Assembly (NCBI GenBank): GCA_002633005.1
Contig: NMRA01000202.1
Span: 435,977 to 499,976 of the forward strand
Source: Phoronis australis
Lineage: Eukaryota; Animalia; Phoronida
DNA length: 64,000 nucleotides
Direction: 5' to 3'
Below are positions 1 to 11,600 of the stretch, piece after piece. Position numbers and translations under genes: made by a program. Every line of letters begins with the position of its first letter. The first letter of the stretch is position 1. The notes under the pieces were generated by a model. It saw only the letters and a program-made list of their open reading frames with translations, searched no databases and was not told where the DNA came from.

Positions 1-959
1 AATGTTATCTCACTAGTGAGTTAACTTTATGGGTTAGTACACGATTGTATCTGCCACCCGAGGCTAATATTGTGGTATAATATGCTTTATACCACAATTT
101 TAGCCTCGAATGGCAGATACAACCGTCTACTAACCCATAAAGTAATCTCACTAGTGAGATAACATTTTGGCGGGAAACCGAGGCCGGATTCGAACCCGGG
201 CCTCATAGTTTCGAGTCGCCGACTTTACCACTACACCACTCAGCGGCTGACGTCATCGAACATGAAAATAGAATACTTAAATGAGCGCGCGCAACAATCC
301 CATGTTCAGCAAAGGGCATTGCACCGACATTTTACGCTATGAAAAATAAGACGCATAATTACCATAAAAACGATATTTCAATTCAGTGAAATTTTCTTTC
401 GTGTTCTCTCATTTTTAAATCACCGATCTCCAATTTGAATGCAGGTGTCGTGTGGCCGGATCCTTTGACTTGAGCATTATACTCAGTTACTAGTTGTGAC
501 TTACTTTAGCAGACGATATATTCCCGGTCGAAGCTTAGCGTGATAAAATGTGTAGTAAGCTATAATAGTTGCTAAACCTTAATTTATAGATTCACTTTGT
601 TTCTATTTTGTTTTATTTTTCAATTGCTTTGAGTAAAAGCATTATTTTACTAAAATAGCTCGGTTTTTCTTAAAAGGTCACGACTTCCGATCCCGGGCCT
701 ATGATATAGAAAGTAGTTACAAAGCCGAGGCGAGTCGAGAAAGGTAGATCGATTCATTGCTATGTTTCTCGTTCAGTATGTGGTATAAATAGATTATCAC
801 GTGTTCTCAGTCGTTATACCCCTTATCTAAAAATCCTCGTGGACTTTGTAGAATTATCACCCTCGGAGCTAACGCCCCTCGGGCGATAATTCTCCAAAAT
901 CCATTCGGGCTCTAGATAACGGGCGATAACGACTTCGCCATGTAATAATCTATATTTAT
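1..959 (-). mobile_element. Palindrome-capped non-autonomous element (Crypton-like?) with internal tRNA-derived segment, copy A
   Basis: 87-959 is the reverse complement of 37451-38326; palindromes at 1-166 and ~785-959; tRNA-like A/B boxes at 244-177. Confidence 0.7.
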
Positions 960-1257
960 GCGCTTGCTTTTTTAGAATGTTCCACTTTTGCATAAGACGC
1001 TATCAAAATGCCACTATTATAATTTTCTTGCATAAATCGAAAAGGAAGTGATATTTGAGCAAACTGCCGCAGTGTTTTGAGATATCATCACGAGCTTTTA
1101 TACCAAATAGAATTTAATCATGTTATTGACAGCATTGTTTTGCTATCGATGAATTTTCCTTTTTGCTACATTTTACTAAAATACATCATCACATCACCCA
1201 ATTAATGTCACATTGGTAAAATGTCTAAACATAAATTCTACAAGCATTCTACTTTCA

Positions 1258-1260
<3 letters not shown>

Positions 1261-1337
<77 letters not shown>

Positions 1338-1340
1338 ATA
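1261..1340. repeat. (TA)n/(TATATG)n microsatellite
   Basis: Direct reading. Confidence 0.95.
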
Positions 1341-2512
1341 CGCTTACTAAGTTAAAATCTAGAGTTTTCTATATACTTTGCTAAATATGCAGACCTGTCA
1401 ATGAGGTCATACATAACCCGTGTCAAGACTGAAAACCACTTAAAACATTTTCTTTTAAAGCGACTATTAATCCACCATTTGGCACAAAGCAAGTTATAAT
1501 TTAGACCACCTACCGTTAAGACGTTATTCTCAAATTGATGCTTTGTCAAAAATATGTGATTTCTGGGAGTAGGAAAAACTGACAAATGATTTTTGACCGG
1601 GCTCTAAATAGTGACTTGTCACGGCTTGTCATTATTTGATTTGCCGATCAGAGGGTAATCTAGTTCAAAAAATTTTAAAAAATATATATATCAAAGTGAG
1701 TAATGTGTAACACGGCATACTGTTTGTCTATTTTCTGTTATCAAACTAAATGCCTTTTTGAGTACAACTTTGCACCTTGGCCGAGATCAAAAAATTATCG
1801 ACCATTCCCGTCTATTTCCGTGACCTGAGTTCCTGTGCATCAGTTAAGGAACGATTCCTGAATGACGACCATGTTGTCCATGAAAAAGTATTGACATCAC
1901 CGTGAGCGTAAATGCGCTGTTGTATTGTTTGTTTGTTTTTGATTCTCATTTTAGTTCTTTTTATACAAACTTGATTATTTGTTGTCTACATTTTATCTGT
2001 TCTTTGCATATCACGAATGGTATTTAATGCAATCATGAGTTTGTGGAATATGTCGCATCTTCCGCAGCCAACACTCAGCCCTGACCCATCGCAAGGGTAA
2101 GTCAAATTTCAGCAAGAGGCTTTATCTGGATGTACTTGTCGTCACAACCGGAAGTCACGTTTTATAAAACACTAAGTCATTGTATGCTCGAACATGGAAT
2201 AACGGACACTTATGTTAAGCCTACAACAGAAGAATCAAAAATGCCAAGACTAATTTCGAGTTCGATTTCGAATAAAATGATCAGAACCACAAGCCATAGA
2301 TGACCACGATAAATACGATAAAGTGTAATCTTCACTGCAGCGTTTGGATGGCGTGAACGTATCGCTTACCTAAAACGTGTTTGACACATGTACTCACGAG
2401 CCAATACATACTTACATTTCATCTTAATTTGTATATAATTACTTCTTTGCGTTATGTTTTAATTTTATACACATTCTGTATACAAAAATGGTTGTGTTTT
2501 TACCGAGGTAAA

Positions 2513-2642
2513 ATGCATCACGTTGCAACAGAAATAGAGAGGCGATATTTGGACAATAAATCCGATGACAGAACACCTTTATATCAAAGAGACAAATACC
2601 AGCGTTGTGGAAGTAGGAATAAGTCACGGAATGCGAATAATA
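2513..2642 (+). CDS. AQP8-like A, putative coding exon 1 (hydrophilic N-terminal extension)
   Basis: ATG at 2513, open to AAT A|GTGAGT donor; phase 1 matches the acceptor at 3959. No homology support. Confidence 0.55.
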
Positions 2643-5600
2643 GTGAGTGTTCACTGGCATATATAATTACTGGAAATTGCGCTTGTCAAGATTAAACTTT
2701 TTAATTAGTTGATTTTGGTTAAACATCATATTAAGAGTTGACCTTATATGCCAGCAGTGGCCCAAATCAGCCAAATCAACGAGGGCGAACTAACACACAC
2801 GCTGGAAATGACAATAAATTCTGAGTGCATCCTTATTAGCTGGATATTTATCAGGACATCAGTTTTTATGATTGAGAAAAAAGGAATTACCAAACAGGTT
2901 GAAAGCAGTCACTGAAACCATCCGCTCACCGCATCCATTATTATCAGGCCAGTTTCACTCAGTCACAGAGTTCTTTTTTGGGACATTAACAGATTCCTTG
3001 GCTTCTGTCAGTTTCTAAGTAGTATTTACATGCATAAATGTAAGGGACAAGATGTCGTATTTAAGTATGGGTGCATACAGTACAAGTCTAAATAAACCAC
3101 CGCTCTTGAGCTCTGTGACCTACCTTCCTTGGTCGCATTACACCGTCACGAGCAGAACTACCCTGCCTATGAGCAATTTCGGGGTCTAAGGAAGAAAAAC
3201 ACACAGTGGTATCTAGTCTTGGTACAATGCTGTATACCAAATATACAGCTTTGCACCGATGTGGGTAAAAAGTGGTAAGATAAAATCTGACACAAATTTA
3301 GTGTCATTAAAAACTACAGTCTTCCTGGAGTAAACTAACTTAGTTAACGGTGTTAGAAAAAATGACGTTCTACCGTTATTCTGCTGCTAAAGTTGTGGAC
3401 CGATCTTTAGCGATGGCTTTCAGCCCCATGAAATATTGCGTCACCTATTGGCCAGTTTCTTTTTTTCGCCGATTCGTCAAACAACTTTTGTTCTTTCACG
3501 ATGTTGCGTAAACGTCACAGCAAATTATCGGAACTGGTTTCACTTCACTATAATTTTTTAGAATTTTGATACCGAAAAACCGAGTTTTAGAAGAATTTTT
3601 GCTGTTGCCAAGCTATCATCATCTCCCGAGAGATGTCGCAAAAATTGAGGAAATGGCGCGTGCCAGAACAAATACATAACTGCAAGTAACTGGAATGATT
3701 TTTTAAGTTATTTCTAGAATGCGGTGCGCCCATAGTTGTTTTTTCAGTATATGTAAAGTGGGTACGTAAGACCAAATTTCTGCCTTACGTAAAAAGTCAC
3801 TTTAATGAAACAGACCATAGAGAGGGTTACAGAGCATTTCTTCATTTCGAGAAGTGGCTTAGTTAGTATTCTGTTAATTAATTGAAACAAAGTTTGATAT
3901 CCTTTAAATATATACTTGAAATAGTAAATATTTAAGAAACGATGTCTATTTTTTCCAGCCCGAACTCCTGTGGAGACCGCGTCCAGAACTTATCCCGCAA
4001 TATACGAAGACCAGAACCGTGGCCAGCTTCAACGAAAACCGTCTCTGTTTGAGCGGATATTTGTGATGGACCCAGAAACAAATCAGAAACCTCGCAGCGT
4101 CTTCACCATTGTGGTCAGACCCCTCCTGGCAGAGTGTTACGGACTACTGATCTTCGTGTTCATGGGTACAATGGCCATATCGACTCACAAAGGTCTACTA
4201 GTTGCTGCCCTCGCTCACGGTTTAACTATCTTTTTTCTTGTCGCCAGTCTAGGTCACATCAGGTACAGTGCCGCATAGTTTTAGCCATCTTTAAGTGTCC
4301 GTATTTAGGCACGTTAGTACCACAAATAGTCTGACATAACATCATGTCAATACACAGGGTGTCCATGAAGAGATTTACGTCCATCTGGGTTAGCCTTGTC
4401 AATCAATAGGCCCCCTATCAGATTGAAATGAAAAGTGCTGACCAGCCTCCCGTTCAGTAACGCTAGGACCTAGCTTAAAAGCAAGACCTTGCGAGATTAC
4501 GCGAGATCTTGCAGTGTATTTCAAATAAGAGCACGTGACCTTGACTAGCTTTTGGCTAGGTCCTAGCGTAGGTCCTAGCGTCTACTGAACGCACGCCAGC
4601 ATTAAGCAATGTTAGTTCAACTTAATGCAACCTAGCGACACGCTCTCCAGCAATCACTGGTAGTGTAGTAGTAGTGGTGGTGGTAGAGGTGGTGGTGGTG
4701 GGGGTGGAGGTAGTAGCTAAATGTAGTCTTTGTTCAAGTTTGTGGACAGAGAGTTAAGTGAGATGATCAAACAATCAAAAGGAGTTGGACACTGTCCGTT
4801 AACAATGACTAAATTCAAATGCCACGCATGAAAGGCAGAGGAATATGACCTATCTGACTTGAGTCTTTTGACGCCTCGGATACTCCAGTTAATTGGCGCA
4901 TATGTAAGCAATCCGGAAACATTGAATGGAATCAAATCTCAAACATCAGTAATAGAGGAATGCGATATGACGTTGTTAGGGACTTCCGTAACGATCTCAA
5001 GAAGAGCCCGATACTTAGCTACAAGGTTTTCACGAGGCTAACGAAATGCAGGCATCGGGCTTACAACACTTTTTCTCCGGCTAGCGCATTCCACACCTAC
5101 GACTTACACAAGAGTATTTTTGTGTTTGCAGCGGCGGTCATTTCAACCCAGCTGTGACCCTTGGCCTTGCTCTGAGCGGTGGCATCAAGCCCGTACTTGC
5201 CTTCTTCTACATCGTTGCCCAACTGGTTGGCAGTCTCATCGGCTCTTCGTTTGCAATGGTAAGGACAATATACAAGCGTGATACACGAATCCTAGCTGCA
5301 GAACACTATATTAGGCTAACCCTTGCCTGTCTCCACAAAACACCTATCTTGTTACGCAAGAACTCTTACCACGCAAAAGACAAAGCCTCACGATGGAAGA
5401 TTCTTTCTGCTTGGTAAGAGTTTTACCGGAAGAGTTACCTCTCGTGAGAAGGGTATATACAGGTGGTAAGTGTTTGATCGGCTGCCTGTCGCATGAGCTT
5501 GAAATACCACCTGGTAAGAGACGGCGAATTCAAGTAGTTTTTTGTACTAGTAAACACCTAAACTGCCTGTAAAAAAGTATTTGCAGACACGGAGCTACTG

Positions 5601-8600
5601 ACAGAATCCTCGTTGCCCTATATTTTGAATTAACAAAATGACACCTTTGCTGATTGCGATTCCCAATGAAGCAAAACTACTGGTGGTGAAGAATGCAGAG
5701 AAAGTGAGGTGATGAAAGAACGCATCAGTATTTGCGGAAATATCGACATATTCGACAGGAATGTCTACTTTTCCACACCATTTTAACAAAAGTGCATCTG
5801 CCGAAAAGTGAATGCCTTGGTTTGGGAAACGATGTCAAAGTACACAACGCTCTTATTGACTTGAATCTTAACAGTTGTTGGAAACGATGCCTGTCGTCTG
5901 TTGTCAAATGTTTGGCTGAGTTTCATTAACGGGAAATGTTTCTACTTAATCGTTGTTTACTGCCATCTGGTACGCGAAAATAGTGAAACCTTATTGTTAC
6001 AAACGTAAATCTGGAGATAACCCAACACACTCCCATTCTACGACGCCAAACTCAAGTATGGTTACATGAGTTTAAATAAGCGGCTGACTAACTGAAATAG
6101 ACTTAGGCGAAGCTATAATATAGCGATTACCGAGATCTTGGCACATCTACGCTGGTCATCGGATGATGAGGGTCTCGTAAAGCGCTTGCAGTGTGGGCTC
6201 CCCACTTAAAAAGTTTCTGCTAATGCGTTCCACGGTTAAAGAGGTCAAAGTTGAAACCACAGATGTGTCCAACGTGACATCGTTATTCTCGAAAAGCTTA
6301 GGCATTCCGCTGAGAGCATCGGATAAGATCCCCATGGCACCTGGCTGGTTCTTCATGCTCAAGTCGTACTCTTTTATCATGATGACGTTGAAGTCGTAGT
6401 AGTGTGCATGTTTTTAATTATCTGGCGACGCGACGATGGCGGGCAAAAGCTATATTAAGAGGAGCGTCGTGAAAGACGAGACCAAGAGCTTCGCCTTCTA
6501 TGCTCGAGTACTTGGGAGTTTGCCATTTTGTGACACGTTATTTCTAGGGTCAGTAGTTGGTTCATGTCGCTGCATGACAGGCATGAGTCAGGCGTAAGGG
6601 GAGACGTGAGATCATAGAAAGTGCTATCGTCGTCATCTTGCCAATCAAAGGGAAGAAATAGAACTGAATTCTTCCACCTTCTTGTTAGGCTTAGTTTGAT
6701 TCTGCCTTTCGAATAAAGACTCCCAAAGAAATTCATTTGTAGGACCTTGATGTGACATTTGGAACAATTGAAGACCAATCCAGACCTACCCTGCTACACG
6801 CAGGAGATTGAGACGACAGGCATCTTGCTTCACTTCGGTTGATTCATATACCGCATTATCGTTATACGATTCCAACGCAACCAGAAAATTATCAAAGCTT
6901 GTCGCCAGAAATCAAAAGGGCTCCGCAACATAGATTTGTTTCCATATCCTGAATGTCCGGTGGAAACCCACGTCTGGTTTTTGCAATGGAATCGGCCGCT
7001 CGGAGATCCAAACAAAGGATGTGGCGCATTGCTGGTTCTATTACAACTTATAAGACGACCGCCCCTGGTGTCCGACTAGCTAACGTCTTTGTTGCTTTTC
7101 CAACTTCTGATTTTGAGAAACAGGAGCTTCAATTCCCAAATTGGCCATTGAGCAAGGACGTAATTGTTGTCCACACCGGTTGATTGTTTGACTGAGCACC
7201 AACAATCAAAGCCCTTGTACCCGTATTCAGCGTTCCTGTGCTAGTTCTGTCTTTCGGAGCGTGGATTACACATACATGCTTTTTCATTTTGTTTTATTTT
7301 ATTTATACCCAGCTTGCGCTACCCTATATGACCTTCACGAAAATCAATGGCGGCGCGAACACACTCACAACAACAGATGGCGTATCCTTCACTATGGGTC
7401 TTATATGCGAGTGCTTGACCACGATGGCGCTTGTGACTACTGTGCTCAACTCTGCCTTCGACACTGACGGCAAAAACCCACTGGCGCCGCTGGCCATCGG
7501 TATTACTGTTGGAGTCGACATTCTTGCAACGTAAGCTGTCTTCCTACTTTCAAATGCTAATTAATGTTGTTCAGAAAACTGTTTTTTTCAGTGATTGGTG
7601 ACGGTTGCGGTCGCTTCTAACCGGTTTACATGTCAGTTTGGCAATAACACAACGAACACTTTCTAGTAGACGCATTGTACACTAGGTCCAAAAAGTATAC
7701 GCCTAAAGAATACGAATATAAGTGAATTGAAAACAAGTCTTTTGCAAACATAAAGCCTTTATTTCATGTATTTCAATAGCCTCATTCCCAGCCCAAATTG
7801 TCACATGTTTTACATGTGACAACCAGACCCTCATGATAGTACATGCCCGACTTGTCACATGGGGACGTCATATATTGATTCAAATTGTTACAATTCACAC
7901 GTTTGGGTCGTTGTCATCCTACATTTGGGCTTGTGCAAGGCAGACATGAATACATTTGTCAAATCTCATCTCTGTCTTTAATTTAGAGGTCACATCAGTG
8001 GTGCGTCCATGAACCCTGCACGAAGTTTTGGCCCTGCAGTGCTCGCAAACATCTGGCAGGACCACATCTTAAATTGGATCGGCCCGTTCTCCGGCGCTAT
8101 GGTCGCGTCTTTTATGTACAGGTAGGTTTGAGCATCACGCTTTGGTTTCATAGTCACAACTTATACAATCTTTCCGTAACCGTAGTTGTTTTTGTTCTGT
8201 TTTGTACTAGTCCGATGTCTTTTAATCTTTTCCCTCATTTCTGTTTTATTTTTATCATCATCATCATCATCATCATTATCATCATCATCATCATCATCGT
8301 CATCATCATCATCATTCTCATCATCATCATCATCATCATCATCATCACCGTCATTATCATCATTACTGTCACCGTCGCTATCTTCGTCATCATCCTCATC
8401 TTCATCCTCAACACTGGCATCATCTTATCGATTGATCGTTCATTTACGTTGAACAAACCCTTGTTCCTTAATCAATTTTGTCCCCATTGTTTCCATACCA
8501 CAATGACGACTGTCTTCATTGTCCTCTTCGATCTCGTCATCCTCATCACGATCATCGTTATTCTTTTCTGTCAAACTCTTCAATTTTAGCCTTCTGGGTC

Positions 8601-11600
8601 CAGGGTATAATTGACCTATCGCCAGGATTACGACTGACGGCTTAACTGACCAATCAGAACGCAGCATTCTTGACACACCTTCGTCTGCGTTTCAAAGCCG
8701 CGATTTTACCCGACAAACAATACGTCCTCGTGTAAAACTTAGCTCAAGAAATTGCGTGATAAGAATGGTGATACGGTGTTGATATGGCGTGTGTAATTCT
8801 GACAGCCCGGTTATGTACAGTAATAGCTCCAGAAGAATATTCCCTCATTTTTTGGCATCTCCTAAGCCGAAAAGTGATATCGAAATGTTTAAATTATGTA
8901 TCAAACTGTGCGAACGGGGACGTACACGAGCAGCTGAACTTGGCAATGTTGCTTGATTACTTGAAGGACAAACACAACTACATTTGTTCCAAGTTACACA
9001 CTTTCAGTTTTGGTGGCTATAGTGTAGGCTTATCTGATTTTGACTCCGGAGTTTCACTCCTCCGGTCGCCTTTGTCTCGGCACCTGCTGGATTTCACCAC
9101 TATAGTCTAGCGATAGTTCCTGGAAATTGTTTTCATATTTTTACTATTTCGACCTATAGACATGGTTTTGTTTCGTAGCAGAGGTACATTTTTTTGCTAT
9201 TCATATACCAGTAAGCTGGCGTTCAACTGATTTTTTTCCAAAATTAAGAGATTCGATCGGCACAGGGAGGGGCACTGGATTACTGAACTCAAAGCCTTGT
9301 TTGAGCTGTTTTCACGAAAAAATAAACAGTTGAATTACTTTTTGATGAGAACCTCTAGTATACACTTCGCCTGTAGAGTTACAGAGAGCTCATTTTGAAG
9401 TTGTTAAAACATGATATTTAGATTTATGAAGCTTTAAAAAAGGGATTTGAGTTATCTTTTGTAAGTAGCCATTGTTGCCACTACACCAGACTTGTCATTT
9501 TTGTAACCATACCACAGTTTAATGATCATGCTACGTTTAAAAATAACTTCAAGCTACCTATATGTAGTGAAAGTCCATAAAAGATAAGCCTAACTTAATG
9601 TCTTAATGGTACAATTACGTGCATTAACTGATTTGACTTGGACACAGCCCTAGACCTACCGGAGCTAGCTGTTTGACTTGGACAAGATAAGTGTGTACCT
9701 GAACTATGAACCTGAGTTTTTTATTCGAAATATTTCGTTCGAAGATTGGAAAAGCGTAATTAGTACTATCGACTCGACCTACTTTACTCGGGGAGGCCCA
9801 CTTTTCATTTGGCGGATTAGCAGACGACAGAATGAAAATATCGGCGAATCTTCACTGATTTTGTTCGAATGATCCTAAAATCTATGACATCGTATAGATA
9901 ATTCGACTTTAAGGTACATACCCAGCTTTACTTGAACATATCGCATCAGTGGCCTTGTCATTTATCAGGTGAAGGTGAACCCCGTGTGGGGTTCTTCGGA
10001 TTTTCGCTGACTCCGAAATACTTTTCCTCGAACACTTATGTTTTCATCGTTACCTTCGCAAAATCTGGCACCTGCAATAAATGACTCGGGCCACCTGCAA
10101 ACACCAGACGTGGATCACCAAACATGCGTGCGCACTTTATGATATTGCTTGGAACACTAAACGTGAAGCGTTTTTTATTTTATTCCGGAAATTTGGCCGG
10201 AGGTAGATAGCAAAGTTTTAGTCGGTCTTTGGGGAGATGCCAAAATCCAAGGCTTTTTCTCAGGGACAGTGCGCTTGCATACAAAAAGATTTGGAAGTAA
10301 TTTTTATATGTTCCTATGATGTAATCCGATTTGCCAGGTCTGGTCGGGTCGGTGGCCCTCGCCAGGTACGGCAACCGCAGAAGAAATGGCGGAGAGAATC
10401 GTCATGTAAACAGTCACATGTTACCGTTAAAATGTTGGCGTAAAACAGCGACGAAAAAGCATAAACGTTTTTCACATGTAAAAGCTGTTCTCGTCTATCC
10501 CTAAATTTTAACATGGAAAAAGTTACACGTCATACACTTTCATAATGTCGAAATATTTGACCTCAAATTTTGACAAATATACTTTAAACTGAAATTATAG
10601 TTTCAAACTGCCAAAAGATCATGAATAGCAAAACTTTACGTTTGGTTGTGTGTAAATACCTTTTCTCGTAAACATAAAAATGTGTAATTAGTTTTTGTAA
10701 CTTGAAAAGTGAATGTTCCGTCTTTGCGTGGGCGCCCTCGTTGCTTACATAATGTCTGCGACGTCCTTGTATGCGCTTCAGCGTTCTCGTCAACGCCATT
10801 GGTGTCCGCAGCGCTGCTGTTTGCGTTAATTTGTTGTTACTTTATCGCGTAGATGAACTATGCTGGTGTTCGTGCGTACCAGCAAGCCTCAAAAACCACA
10901 GGGGTATTAAGCGGGGGTCGAGGGCAAGATTATGGAAAATGAAAATGGTGACTTTTGAGTACATGAAATTCCGTAGAACCCACGGAGAGCGGTGAAACTG
11001 ACAAGTCACCAGGTGAATACCGAAGTAGCGTCACCGACCAATTGGAGGGAGGAGAGTTGCCACGTGATTGAAACATCACTGGCAGATATTTTCTTTAAAC
11101 ATTTTTCTGTATAAGACAAATAAGAGCTTCGATGAATTTCGAGGCAAAATGGTCAAAATATGTCGTTGGGAGTTAATTGTGTAAAATAAGACAGCAGATA
11201 CCCTGGAGTTATTGGAAATGAATATTCAAAATGTAAAAAGACTGAAATTCCTTTAACACCCTGAAAGCATTAAGTTGCACGTGGAATATCCTGGGAAGAT
11301 ATACAATACTTTCTAATTGGTGCCTACTTCCTTGCTCCATTCCTTATACATGTGTGTTGTAACCAATTAGAAAGCTTAAACGTGGCAAAACTCCTGCAAA
11401 ATTAACATATTTTGACCTACTACAACGAGTTCATTTACAATATAAGACTTAAAGAGGCATTTTGGACTGCCCGATTCTCGCCAACTGTCCTCGAATTGTA
11501 AGAAGATGTTCGCAAAAAGAGCTAAGGTGGAAGTAATTACTACATGTCCACTTAGTGGTTGGTTATTCACATTGGGGTATGCAATCATTTTTGCGTCATA

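Noticed and set aside
177-244. Functional tRNA genes (also ~12795, ~38168, 41582, 43305)
   Set aside because: A/B boxes present but anticodon and other stems do not pair, and all lie in repeats
2035-2096. ATG exon ending GG|GTAAGT as aquaporin A start
   Set aside because: Phase 2 does not fit the phase-1 acceptor at 3959; could still be a 5'UTR exon
8590-8614. Nearby candidate terminal exon for aquaporin A (SLLGPGYN*)
   Set aside because: The exon at 13692-13770 aligns with paralog B's tail and has a poly(A) signal
8074-8676. Poly-Ile/Ser/Met ORFs
   Set aside because: Translations of an intronic (ATC)n microsatellite
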